IMG/VR virus record: IMGVR_UViG_3300048818_000025
Location: 1 to 55,830 of that record
Length of the DNA stretch: 55,830 nt
Source: a virus
Lineage: Duplodnaviria > Caudoviricetes
Strand: one strand, 5' to 3'
Part shown: positions 21,001-30,357 of the stretch, piece by piece
Position numbering within the stretch: position 1 is the stretch's first letter
How the letters are laid out: the number at the start of each line of letters is the position of its first letter
Notes under the pieces: model-generated
Databases searched by the model: none
What the model was told of the DNA's origin: nothing
The model's input: only the letters and a program-made list of their open reading frames with translations
Program-made: the position numbers and the translations under genes

Positions 21001-22795
21001 AGATTCAGGCGGCAATCACCTCAACTACACGCAATCCACGGACGCCTATAGTTGCGGGACAAGTGGCAACAGCGGCCTTGTTGTTGGCACGACGGCTATC
21101 ACCAGTGGCGTGATTGGTGGATTTCTTTACCAGACCAGCGGCAATGTACTAGGCAATTCTGCGGCGGCGTCATCGGCATCATTGATTTTTAACCAAAACG
21201 CTGCGGCTTCGCCAACGGTGTTGGGTAGTTTCGGTGCCTTGACCCTTATAACGGCAGACGCACAAAACACTGGTTTGATTATTAACGGTTTTGGCACCTC
21301 CAATGGCGTTACATTAAATATAGCCAAAGCAAATGGGACGGGGGCATCGCCTACCGCTTTAGGAAGCGGAAACATCATCAGCGACATTCTATCCTGGGGA
21401 TATAATGGCGCTTCGTATATCGACACAATTAAGATTGAGTGTTCCTCAACTGAGGCGTGGAGCGTAGGACACAACGGCACTAAATGCGTATGGGCAACAA
21501 CGCCGAACGGCTCCGCTTCGCTTGTAACAGCAATAACGCTTGGTCAAGACCAGAGCCTGACCGTCGTTGGTCCCGTGGTGTCCCCTACCGGGACGTTTAC
21601 CACCGCCGTGACCTCACCGACATTGACGTTAGGCACCATCTCATCGGCCACTGGCACGTTGAAACTAGCCAATGCTTCGTCGGCTAATCTAACGACTATC
21701 CAAGCCGGTAATGCAGCGGCGGCACGGACATACACATGGCCGACAGACTTCGGCGCGGCTGGTACAGTTCTAACCGACGCTGCGGGTAACGGCACATTAA
21801 GCTGGGCTGCTGGGGGAAGTGGGATCACGGCGCTTACCGGCGACGTAACAGCAAGTGGCACAGGTTCAGTAGCGGCGAACGTTGCCAAAATTGCAGGTGT
21901 TGCCGTAGGCACTCCTACAGGGACAGGCAACGTCGCGTTTTCCGCATCACCAACATTTACAGGTACGGCAAACTTTGCGGCACTGACCGCGAGTGGCGTC
22001 ATAACTTCTGGTGCTGGAGGCGTATCGGCTCCAGGCATTGCGGTCGGTGCCAGCAACTATGGACTATATCAAGCGACCAACCAACTTGGTTTCACTATCG
22101 CAGGAACTAAGCGGCTTGACTACGGCATCACGCAGTCTGCGATTTGGACATTTAATAATGCTTCCGGCGTTGAGATTACAGCAAATGGTGTAAGCACTGG
22201 AAATCTTATCCAACTTATACCTAATGCTTCCAATGGAGGCGTCGTTTCCATTTTTTCAAGTTATTCTGTCACTGAGGGTCCGCTGGCTCTAGGTACTTAT
22301 AGTAACTACACCACACAACTTGTTTTGAACCCTAATGGAACCGTGAGCATCGGCGCTGGAAATCTTTTGATTGCTGGGAGCAATCAACTCAACATTGCGG
22401 CGATGACAAATGCCGCGACCACGAGTTCAGTTTGTTACAATACTGGAACTGGTGCGGTGACATATGACGGCACTCTCGGAACCTGTACGGTTTCCGATGA
22501 GCGTCTAAAAAATATGGGCGAGCGTATTCCAAACGCGCTTGATCGACTGCTGCAAATTAACGGCGTCTATTACACTTGGAAAGACCCATCGATGGGCGCT
22601 GGTCGCCAAATTGGCGTGGGCGCGCAGACGGTTGAGGCAGTATTCCCTGAGTTAGTGCAAACAGACTCCAACGGCCGAAAGAGTGCCGACTATCAACGCC
22701 TTACCGCGCCTATTATTGAGGCGTTGCGCGAGTTAAAAGCCAACAACGACAATCTGCAAAATGAGATTGAATCCATCAAGAAGGCCGTTCGATGA
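18080..22795 (+). CDS. Tail fibre: signal-peptide-like leader, anchor domain, tail-collar domain, repeats, C-terminal intramolecular chaperone (peptidase S74)
   Basis: LLPNAKQTF..G.PLAAG anchor; PVGTVLPY...GDGNSTFNVPDLRGR collar; SDERLK...IGVGAQ.VEAVFPELV chaperone. Confidence 0.9.
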   Translation: MLARIISGILIYVMAVTQVVAQTATLLPNAKQTFLGTTGAPLAAGTVTLYTPNSTNKKTTWVDPNQVSANTNPINLDAAGRAIIFGQGNYRQVVKDVNGVTIWDAFTSAVGSASPSGSTGTDTAPVGTVLPYSGFAIPTNWQLAYGQPLNRVTFASLLTAITISNTAVSCTATSTTLTGFASTAQFSAGEPIEATCLPANTTIASITNSTTIVVSAAAISSAALTAVVFPWGNGDGNSTFNVPDLRGRVFAGADAMGGTAANLLTASYYGASAAAPGISGGSQSHTLLQAELPAFKPAITITDPGHTHPIGGGGNSGGGLSTAISGTISQTNNTGTSTTGITAALTSNLGSGTALAIIQPTLTVNYIIKVAPNASGAGGVVSIGGMFGDIICDATFLCTNQTIGLATQLTGTILANIGASTMTPTAVTLSNIMDDTCGSSQGDIFYRGPSTWNCLPPGTAGFALLTQGGGTSPLWGPTATSDSTAVKAPAQIATTGSNITLSGEQTIDGVLTNFSRVVVKDQSISSQNGIYNTSPGTWNRSTDANTTGQLVTGTQVFVTSGTVNGQKFFAVTSTNPIFIGTSSINLVLYTGNVISNGGTAGQIALFNDPQHIYGVTALTTVLNTQLGTTYTVQSTDQNSTIAFSNSSPFAIALPQAGGLFPTGWAITLFNIGTSNATITPATSTINGLTSLILQPSDSVTLISDGTNYKGIISPGYLSTINAVGGRLVVSSGSNTASPTYTTAGTGVITAISNNVNTTGGIATYPINISAPINAQTGTTYTVLSTDNGKLVTFTNASPIAITLPAATGSFGSGFATTLFCLSTSTGSCTITAGAAVNNNTTIVLQPGDSIYVESNGSIYVGTVSLGYMQQIAGNSTRILTAPATNGISPSYFTAATGVQTALGVSIGSAGSFVVNGGALGTPSSGTGTNITGISASNVTSGSLPVAQLGASAASHASLIDVGGTATWKVIPDCLDSGGNHLNYTQSTDAYSCGTSGNSGLVVGTTAITSGVIGGFLYQTSGNVLGNSAAASSASLIFNQNAAASPTVLGSFGALTLITADAQNTGLIINGFGTSNGVTLNIAKANGTGASPTALGSGNIISDILSWGYNGASYIDTIKIECSSTEAWSVGHNGTKCVWATTPNGSASLVTAITLGQDQSLTVVGPVVSPTGTFTTAVTSPTLTLGTISSATGTLKLANASSANLTTIQAGNAAAARTYTWPTDFGAAGTVLTDAAGNGTLSWAAGGSGITALTGDVTASGTGSVAANVAKIAGVAVGTPTGTGNVAFSASPTFTGTANFAALTASGVITSGAGGVSAPGIAVGASNYGLYQATNQLGFTIAGTKRLDYGITQSAIWTFNNASGVEITANGVSTGNLIQLIPNASNGGVVSIFSSYSVTEGPLALGTYSNYTTQLVLNPNGTVSIGAGNLLIAGSNQLNIAAMTNAATTSSVCYNTGTGAVTYDGTLGTCTVSDERLKNMGERIPNALDRLLQINGVYYTWKDPSMGAGRQIGVGAQTVEAVFPELVQTDSNGRKSADYQRLTAPIIEALRELKANNDNLQNEIESIKKAVR

Positions 22796-24471
22796 TGTTG
22801 CGCTGGCTCGCAAATGCTACCGGCGCGGTCCTCTTGGCGCTGACCATCATGTTGCCATTGAGTGCCGCTCTACATGCCCAAGGCACGCCACAGTTCCTAC
22901 GCGGAACCCCTCAGATCATCGCGCCAGTCCCGCTCACGACGACCTTCATCGTGGCCGAAGGTGACAGCATCACACAAAACAATGCCACAGGCGTTATAAC
23001 CTATCCAATAAAGTTTGCGCCAGATACATCACTCGTTACACTAATTGACACTGGTCACGCGGGGGACCAATTAGCTGCTGTTGTAGCTCGCGAGGCGTCG
23101 GATACGGCACTGTTTGCTGCTAATCCTGGATTCAAAAACTATATTTACACGGTCCTTATCGGTGTTAATAATTGTTGCGGGTTTGACCCGACTACTCTCG
23201 CTGCTGGCATTGGTACACTTGCAGCAACGATGAAAACCAACATCCAAGGTGTTGTTGCGCCTGGAAGTAATGTTTATGTTGTTGTATCGACGCTTCCCGA
23301 TTTTAGCGACGGCGACGCAACGAAGGAGGCTTGGCGAACCACGCTTAACGCTGGGATCGTCACGCTAGTACCTTCACAGGCCGACGCAGTTATCGACTAC
23401 GGTGCTGACCCCATTATGGGGCCGGCAGGTGCAGCCATAAATGTTTCGCTATTTTTTGACCAACTTCATCCGACCAATCTCGGTCAGACTTACGTGGAGC
23501 GCGACTATGCGGTAGTCGTTAACAGTCTTATCGCTGGTTCTGTTGCACCCGGCGCACCAACAGCACCTTACGCGAATGGTATACAGCAAACGGCAGTAAC
23601 GCTGACTTGGACACCACCCGCGACGGGCGGCTACTATTCGGATTTTACAATTCAGTACCGCACTCATGGTTCTGGTGCGGCGTGGTCAACTTTCTCTCAT
23701 ACCGCTTCGCGCGCACCAACGGCCTACATTACCGGCCTTGTTGCAAATACGAGTTATGATTTCCAGGTTGCCGCTACAGGTATGTTTGGACAAAGTGAAT
23801 TTGCAGCGTTATCAGGCATAACTACTAACGCCACACCTTATACAAACACGTTTGATACAATCAGCGCTGCGGCTCTTGGGGTAACATTTTCAAATAGCAA
23901 CCTCACAGTCAATGCGACAGCGCAAGGCTTTGCGGGCCTTGCAAAGACATTTGCTGGTAAATCATCCGGCAAATGGTACTTTGAGTTCAAAATAACTAAA
24001 AGCACCGCTGGGGTGTTTACCTTTGGTATTATCGACGGCACCGCCGCACAGATTCTTCCAAATTGGTTGGATTTAGGGCTTATACCAAACTCGGCAGCAG
24101 CTGGTGCTGTGACCAATCAAACGGGGTTTAATCTCGTCAACGTGCCGGGAATATCACCAGGCCTAAACGACATTATTGGCATCGCCTTTGACGCAACGGC
24201 CAAAAAGGTTTGGGTTGCAGTGAACAACACCTACACAGCTTCTGGCAATCCAGGAACTGGGGCAAACCCTTGGGAAACCTGGTCGCCCACATACACCATC
24301 TATGGCGCGGCGGAGGTTAGCTTTAACGGTGACGCAGTAACCTACTCGGGGGCAAGTCCGTTCTACTCGCCACCGAGCGGTTTCTCGATCTTGACACCGT
24401 ATCTCCTCAAACGCGATCTTTATCCGGCAAGCAATGACAATTCTCCAGTTGGAATAAATCATGCTGCGTAG
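22792..24471 (+). CDS. Signal peptide + SGNH/GDSL esterase + fibronectin III + SPRY/lectin-like protein
   Basis: EGDSIT, IGVNN, DQLHPT.LG (SGNH blocks); LTWTPP...YDFQVAA (FN3); GKWYFE...DIIGIAFD (SPRY-like). Confidence 0.8.
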   Translation: MMLRWLANATGAVLLALTIMLPLSAALHAQGTPQFLRGTPQIIAPVPLTTTFIVAEGDSITQNNATGVITYPIKFAPDTSLVTLIDTGHAGDQLAAVVAREASDTALFAANPGFKNYIYTVLIGVNNCCGFDPTTLAAGIGTLAATMKTNIQGVVAPGSNVYVVVSTLPDFSDGDATKEAWRTTLNAGIVTLVPSQADAVIDYGADPIMGPAGAAINVSLFFDQLHPTNLGQTYVERDYAVVVNSLIAGSVAPGAPTAPYANGIQQTAVTLTWTPPATGGYYSDFTIQYRTHGSGAAWSTFSHTASRAPTAYITGLVANTSYDFQVAATGMFGQSEFAALSGITTNATPYTNTFDTISAAALGVTFSNSNLTVNATAQGFAGLAKTFAGKSSGKWYFEFKITKSTAGVFTFGIIDGTAAQILPNWLDLGLIPNSAAAGAVTNQTGFNLVNVPGISPGLNDIIGIAFDATAKKVWVAVNNTYTASGNPGTGANPWETWSPTYTIYGAAEVSFNGDAVTYSGASPFYSPPSGFSILTPYLLKRDLYPASNDNSPVGINHAA

Positions 24472-24529
24472 TTCCACACTGTTAATGACGGATTAGAATG
24501 GCTCTAAATACAATACGGGAGGTCGCAAC

Positions 24530-25114
24530 TTGGTTGATCTAGTCTCTCTGTCAAAATCCAACCTTACGCGATGGAATGTCGCGAAGGTTTGGCCAGAGCT
24601 TACTAAGGCAATATCGGCTGTTTCCAATCGCCTAGTTTTGGCCAAGTCACGTTATCAGACTGTTTCTAGTGAAACGGAAGTTCCGTGGTTTATCATTGCG
24701 GTTATCCACGAACGCGAAAGCTCGCAAAGCTGGCTGGCAAGTCTGGCGCAAGGCGACCCCTGGAATAGACCGTCAATTCATGTTCCTGTCGGGCGTGGGC
24801 CGTTTGCAAGTTGGGAGGATGCGGCTGTTGATGCATTGACCACTTGCGCTCCCCATGCATCGGAATGGAAGGATTGGACTTCTGGTGGTGCGCTGACTTT
24901 GCTAGAGCAATACAATGGACTAGGCTATGCTATGCACGGCGTGCCGTCACCATATATTTGGTCGTCTACCGACCAATATCATTCTGGAAAATACATAGCT
25001 GACGGACATTACGATCCGCAAGCGATTGACCATCAAATTGGGTGCGCCGCGCTCATCAAACAAATGCAGGTTTTGGATTCAACAATTCAGTTCTCAGAGG
25101 AAACAACGGTATGA
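24530..25114 (+). CDS. Endolysin, lysozyme-like (COG5526 type)
   Basis: VPWFIIAVIHERES, HVPVGRGPFASWE, EQYNGLGY, SPYIWS, GKYIADG motifs; GGGAGG RBS. Confidence 0.82.
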   Translation: MVDLVSLSKSNLTRWNVAKVWPELTKAISAVSNRLVLAKSRYQTVSSETEVPWFIIAVIHERESSQSWLASLAQGDPWNRPSIHVPVGRGPFASWEDAAVDALTTCAPHASEWKDWTSGGALTLLEQYNGLGYAMHGVPSPYIWSSTDQYHSGKYIADGHYDPQAIDHQIGCAALIKQMQVLDSTIQFSEETTV

Positions 25115-25509
25115 GCATCAATTCATTGACGCCGCCAGCACCTACAAATAAGTCGGCTGCTACACCTGTATCACCGCCATCCATATTATCATTACTTACT
25201 AAATTCGTTGACGCCAACAAACTTGGCGGCTGGGTACGCGCTATCGTAGCCGCAGGGTTTGTGGCCTTGATTGCCGAATATCCCGTGCTTGGCAATTACG
25301 TTGCCCCTGCCGTGCAAACGCAAATTGCTGCTGCAATCGCAGCAATCGTAGTTGGATATTGGTCGCAATTGACAAAATCAGACGAAGCAAAAATTAAAAT
25401 GGTAACTGACCTTCCTGGCGTAGATACCGTTAATATCAATGCAACGGCTACCGATGGTGTAGCCAAGGCTGCTGCCGACCCAACTCAACCAAAGGTAATT
25501 CAAGCATGA
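25111..25509 (+). CDS. Holin-like membrane protein
   Basis: Two hydrophobic segments; directly after the endolysin. Confidence 0.55.
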   Translation: MSINSLTPPAPTNKSAATPVSPPSILSLLTKFVDANKLGGWVRAIVAAGFVALIAEYPVLGNYVAPAVQTQIAAAIAAIVVGYWSQLTKSDEAKIKMVTDLPGVDTVNINATATDGVAKAAADPTQPKVIQA

Positions 25510-26060
25510 AAAAAATCATTATTATTGCCGCACTACTTGCAATATCAACCATCGCCAATGCGCAAGTCAGGAAACCGGCATTAACCGGAGATCCACTGAA
25601 AGACATTCAGACAGATATTACCGGAACGCAAAAGGTTGTTGGAACGGACATTGCAAATTTTCTGACAAACCTCGCTGCGATCCCCGATGCAATAACGCTC
25701 AGCACATCAATTACCGGGTTGAACGATCCGGTTGGCAATGCCTGCTGGACGCAGTTCGGCCCATTGGGCGAATTAATTAAAACTCACCCATTGATTATTT
25801 CAGGTAAAGCCGCTGCTGATATTGAGGCATTAAGATTGGCCGCTATTGGTCTTAATCAAATTTGCGCTAATCCAAATTGCGGACAAATGTTTGTTGACGC
25901 AACAAATGCTGCAACTGCTATCGCGGGTAATTCATCAATGGGAATTTCATTAGCTTCTTTGTGCGGCAAAGTTCCTGTTATCGGAACGTCTGCCGTACCC
26001 ACAACAAATGTGCCTACGGCTGGTGTTGGTACAGTTGCAACCCCTGCTGTAGCAAAATGA
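25506..26060 (+). CDS. Secreted protein with signal peptide and 4 Cys
   Basis: MKKIIIIAALLAISTIANA/Q classical Sec leader. Confidence 0.75.
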   Translation: MKKIIIIAALLAISTIANAQVRKPALTGDPLKDIQTDITGTQKVVGTDIANFLTNLAAIPDAITLSTSITGLNDPVGNACWTQFGPLGELIKTHPLIISGKAAADIEALRLAAIGLNQICANPNCGQMFVDATNAATAIAGNSSMGISLASLCGKVPVIGTSAVPTTNVPTAGVGTVATPAVAK

Positions 26061-26719
26061 TAACTGATAAAGACATTGCTGAATTGTGTGTGGGGAGCTA
26101 TGGCACGCCAGCAATTTCATGGGATTTTTGGGAGGACGGCACTACAAATGATGGTGTAAAATACGGCGTAAAAATTATTGACGGCATCGACGTAATAATT
26201 TTACCGGGTTCGGAAGTGATGCTTGATTGGCGGCGCGACCTTGATACATTTCCTGAAACAGCGACAAATCACCCTCAACTTGGACAACTCCATACCGGCT
26301 TCTACACCGGAATGGAACAAACTTGGCAAAAGATAAAATCGCGCAATAGGTCTAAGCGAATAGGTGGTGCACATTCACTTGGCGCTTCACGCTTGCGAAT
26401 ACTAGCCGGTCTAGCTGTTATCGACCAACAACCACCGATAGCTTGCATTACTTTTGGTGAACCGAAGGCTGGAATGCAGCAACTTGCCGATATAACTAAA
26501 AGTGTTAGTGGACGGACCTATCGAAACGGTGGCACGTTATTCCACGATCCGGTTACTGATGTTCCATATTTTTTGCCACCAAAACTACTGTTTATTCACG
26601 ATAGGGAATTTACACTTGTCAGCAACTCGCCACCATCAGATGATGAATGGGGATTTTTTTCGTATCATCATATACCGCTTTATGCCGAAGTAACACCGGC
26701 CACTTTAATTGTTTCATAG
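26057..26719 (+). CDS. Class-3 lipase (alpha/beta hydrolase)
   Basis: ILPGS....DW..D, LHTGF, AHSLG nucleophile elbow, TFGEPK, DPVTDVP, C-terminal H. Confidence 0.8.
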   Translation: MITDKDIAELCVGSYGTPAISWDFWEDGTTNDGVKYGVKIIDGIDVIILPGSEVMLDWRRDLDTFPETATNHPQLGQLHTGFYTGMEQTWQKIKSRNRSKRIGGAHSLGASRLRILAGLAVIDQQPPIACITFGEPKAGMQQLADITKSVSGRTYRNGGTLFHDPVTDVPYFLPPKLLFIHDREFTLVSNSPPSDDEWGFFSYHHIPLYAEVTPATLIVS

Positions 26720-26728
26720 AGACTTAAC

Positions 26729-27076
26729 ATGCGAGTTCAATGGGAACCAAAAATAGGCCCCGCCGCAATTGTCGGTGTATTGAGCATTGTCGCGACTTTG
26801 CTATCTGTTGGTGTGCTTTGGGGAAATGTGACTAGCAGACAAGATACTACTCTTGACGCCATTAAAGCAGTTATTACTACACAAGAAAAATTTTGGAATA
26901 TTGTTGGCACGATGGATAAAAATGTAGGTGATATAAAAACGTCACAAGCAACAATGGTTGCAAATTTTAATTCACATACTCGCGAAGATGATGCATTTGA
27001 AAATACGGTCAAGGCTGCAATTCAAGATCACGAAAACAGGCTTCGCATGATTTCTCAGCCTCCGGTGCGACCGTGA
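26729..27076 (+). CDS. N-terminal TM plus coiled-coil membrane protein (lysis module)
   Basis: Single N-terminal hydrophobic helix followed by a helical segment. Confidence 0.6.
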   Translation: MRVQWEPKIGPAAIVGVLSIVATLLSVGVLWGNVTSRQDTTLDAIKAVITTQEKFWNIVGTMDKNVGDIKTSQATMVANFNSHTREDDAFENTVKAAIQDHENRLRMISQPPVRP

Positions 27077-27369
27077 TTGACGCAACAATTACTATCGGAA
27101 ACATTATTGAAATAACAGTTATTGGTTGTGGTGGGATAGCAGCCGTTGTTGCGGTTAGAAATAGTGTTATTAATTTAGGTCGTGATCTAATGCGAATGGA
27201 AGCAGATTTTCAAGATATGAAAGTTGAAATTAAAAAAGTCGGCGATGTTCTCATTGCAATGGCTACTACTGATTTGCGTTTGACAAATGTCGAGCAAGAC
27301 ATTCGAGAAATGAAGCACGGACAAGGCTTCATTCAGCGCCAGCTAACCGGCGAGTATCCGCCACGATAG
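27073..27369 (+). CDS. N-terminal TM plus coiled-coil membrane protein (lysis module)
   Basis: IDATITIGNIIEI hydrophobic start, coiled coil. Confidence 0.6.
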   Translation: MIDATITIGNIIEITVIGCGGIAAVVAVRNSVINLGRDLMRMEADFQDMKVEIKKVGDVLIAMATTDLRLTNVEQDIREMKHGQGFIQRQLTGEYPPR

Positions 27370-27393
27370 TGGGTGGAACTAAAAAGCACGTTC

Positions 27394-27726
27394 CTAATTA
27401 TTCAGGTCTAGCCCTAAAACTTTCCGCATTTCGGGTGACAGATGCTTTGCGGCGTCTTGGCCTGACGGGCTACGCGCCCATTCGTCGCTTTCCTCTTTCG
27501 TCGCGTCAAACTCGCCGTTGGCAACGCGGGTCGCAAATTTGGTGAGGCCAGCAGCCGTCAATTCGGAATGGAGTTGCGTGATAGGACAGGCGTAGGTATC
27601 GGCATAATCATCAAACTCGCCAGTCTCGGCACGTTTCGCAAACGCTTCATACTGATCGCGTTTCCAGTTGACGCTCTCCACGCCAACCTTGCGAAGCTCT
27701 GCCGCTAGTTTATCGCGTGTTCGCAT
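27394..27726 (-). CDS. Hypothetical protein
   Basis: 110-aa ORF with GGAG RBS; ends AAT-TAG-GAAC. Confidence 0.65.
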   Translation of the reverse strand: MRTRDKLAAELRKVGVESVNWKRDQYEAFAKRAETGEFDDYADTYACPITQLHSELTAAGLTKFATRVANGEFDATKEESDEWARSPSGQDAAKHLSPEMRKVLGLDLNN

Positions 27727-27904
27727 TATGATGCTCCAGTTTTTCGATTGCCGCGTTTAATTGATCTATCGCCCATTCCGGCACGTCATATTCCCCAAGC
27801 GCCCAACGGCGTGACGTGCGCTCATTCACGCCAAGAAACTTCCCGGCCTTAACTTGTGAAAGGCCGAGAAGCTTTATTGCTGCGCGGTATTGGGCTGGAG
27901 TCAC
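27710..27904 (-). CDS. XRE-like HTH regulator
   Basis: MTPAQYRAAI..LGLSQ..AG.FLGV..RTSRRW. Confidence 0.75.
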   Translation of the reverse strand: MTPAQYRAAIKLLGLSQVKAGKFLGVNERTSRRWALGEYDVPEWAIDQLNAAIEKLEHHNANTR

Positions 27905-29432
27905 CGCGCGTTAATCCACTTATTAAATCCAAACGTGAAGGCCCAAGCCGCCCATAGGCGCTCAGACCATTTTCGGCTGACTGTGATCGTGTAGTGATTG
28001 GGGTTGTGCTGCAACGCTTCCTGTCGCTCGATCTTCTCAACAATCGTGACCATATTCCTTGTTCTCGCAGAAAGCAACCGTAGAGATACCGGCGCGATCA
28101 AAGCCTATCGCGTGGTTGCCGATGCAAGAAAACAAGTCGAGAGAGTTCACGCTTGGTCATCCTTCAAAACAGGCGTTACGCCTTCAAATTCCCCTGCAAA
28201 AATCTTGCGCATTGTCTCGTTAAAGTCGGCGCGCGTTTCTGCGGTATCTGGCTCAAGAGTAACCGCGCCATCCTCAGCGAACTTCGCAACATATCGCGGC
28301 GACATGCTCGGCTTCAATTTTGACATTGCTGTTTCTGCATCTTCGATGGCCCTCATAAGATCACCGCTATTTTTACGCGCCCATTCTGGATCAAGGTTCC
28401 CGATTGCATAACCAGCCATTTCAGTCAGGAAGCGGAGCGCGTCGTATAAATCTGGCGCGGCGCAGATCAGGTTGGCGTTGGCCTCGATGATTGCCGGGTC
28501 CCCTTGCGAGCCGGGCGTAGCCATAAAGCAGATACGGCGTTCGCTGTCTTGGTGAATGACCAAGTTGGGCAAGTCATCGTCGCCGTATTCGTGGATAGTC
28601 CACGGACTAGGAGTGTGTGTCATCGGCGCAAATCCCTTAGTGCCTGACGGGCAATTTCCTGCAAGTGTGATGCGCTGGTAGCGATTGTGTAAGCGTTTCT
28701 CTCTAGCTTCTCGTTGTTGATCGAGGCGCGGCGTTGCAGCATAACCAACGGGCTGACTATTTCCTCTAGCGCCATCGTCAAACATTCGTTTTGCGAGCGC
28801 AGCATCTTTACTTCTCGTACCATCGCTTCCCATTCCAGAGCTTTGTTAGTCACGCGACGTTCTCCGGCCAGCCCATGACCTTGAACTTTAGCCAATCGCC
28901 AATGCGGGCGGCCACGTCGCAGTTTTCTTTGTCACGTCCATAGGTGGTGACATGTTCGCCACCACCAACCTTGCGAGCTATGACGACTACCTGATCGTAG
29001 TCGTATTTATCGGCGATGACCTTCGCCGCGCTGATCGGAATTGGTTTCATTAAAACACCTTGATCTGAAACGACATGCGTTGAGTGCTGCCGTAGGCGGT
29101 TTCTAGGCAAGTTGTCGGCACTGAGAAATGCCGATTTACGATGCAAGTGCATGGGTCCATATCCGCGCGCTCACATGCCGTAGCGGCTTCCTCCCAAGTA
29201 GCGAAAGTACCAACTGGCGTTTCATAATTTATCATTCCGGCACCATCGCCATAAAACGCAGACCGTGAATATCGGTCATTTCGTTAAAGCGCTTAGCTTT
29301 CGAGCGAGCGCCGTCCAGGTTTTGATAAGTGAAAGCCTCAGAAACTTTCGGGCTAACCCAACCATCGCCAGCCCGGCCAGTATAGAAAAACTCTTTACCG
29401 TCTTTGTCGAGAGCGCGGAGAAGGTAGTTCAT
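27901..29432 (-). CDS. Operon of small hypothetical early genes (27901-28053, 28147-28623, 28620-28853, 28850-29050, 29050-29235, 29232-29432)
   Basis: Coupled ORFs with ATGA/GTGA overlaps; 28147-28623 has the HTPSPW...ANANLICAAPDL phage motif. Confidence 0.6.
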
Positions 29433-29636
29433 TTGAAGCCCCTACTTGCCGGGCTGAATTGCCCTTGCAGGCATTGGTATGCCCTAGGACGCGGAATGGG
29501 TCAAGAGCTATTTTATGGTGCAGTGCAGTATTGCAGCCAAGGCCAGTTTCGGATAGATAATCCGTTCCCCCTCACAGCACAGGAGCCTAACCGAGTTTCA
29601 CATCGCAACCCCGCAACACAAATACGGAGCTACGAA

Positions 29637-30269
29637 ATGAACCCGTCTAAACTCCTTGCAATTATTTTCTGTCTCACAACTTTAGTATATGTCAGCCCTG
29701 CTGACGCAAAAAGTAAGCATTTGTCCCTTAATCACACACAACGGCACGTTTCCAACCATCGGCACCATTTAGCCAAGGCGCAGCCGTGGCAACCTAGCGG
29801 TCTATTCGATCAAGCCGCTATCGCGCCATACCCAACCGAGCAAACCCGCCAGAATCGCATTATTGCAAGCCCAATGGGGCGTCGGCATATCGCGCCGAGC
29901 CGGGGCTATGATATGGCGGAAGGGATTATAGGTCACCCGGCAGGCTGCCCGCATAGCCAGTTTTGTGGCTGCGGGGCTTCCGTACGTATATTCGGCCATC
30001 CAGTTCGCGAACTCTACCTCGCAAGCAATTGGTTCCAGTTTGCACATACCGCGCCGGGGCCTGGAATGGTCGCTGTCCGCAATCACCATGTCTTTGTGAT
30101 AGAATCGGTTAACGGCGATGGTACGGTAGTGGCTTGGGATGCAAATTCAGGTGGCCATGCCACAAGGATTCATACCGTTAGTTTATCCGGCTATTCAGTC
30201 CGCGACCCGCATAGTGCAGGCCAGACATTCTCAGCCAATCGTCATCATCGCCAAATGAGTTCGCTATGA
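29637..30269 (+). CDS. Secreted CHAP-like (Cys/His) peptidase-type protein, moron-like
   Basis: Signal peptide ending ADA; FCGCGAS...LASNW...GMVAVRNHHVFVI...DANSG. Confidence 0.65.
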   Translation: MNPSKLLAIIFCLTTLVYVSPADAKSKHLSLNHTQRHVSNHRHHLAKAQPWQPSGLFDQAAIAPYPTEQTRQNRIIASPMGRRHIAPSRGYDMAEGIIGHPAGCPHSQFCGCGASVRIFGHPVRELYLASNWFQFAHTAPGPGMVAVRNHHVFVIESVNGDGTVVAWDANSGGHATRIHTVSLSGYSVRDPHSAGQTFSANRHHRQMSSL

Positions 30270-30357
30270 GAACAGTAACTCGCATCGAGCTATTCGCGCT
30301 GGCCATCTTCATTCCGGTGGCGTTTACGATCTTGAGCCGTCCGCTCGTTCCACCAGG

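Noticed and set aside
29265-29636. N-terminal extension of the 334-aa ORF
   Set aside because: It overlaps minus-strand genes and their promoter; the RBS and signal peptide indicate a start at 29637.
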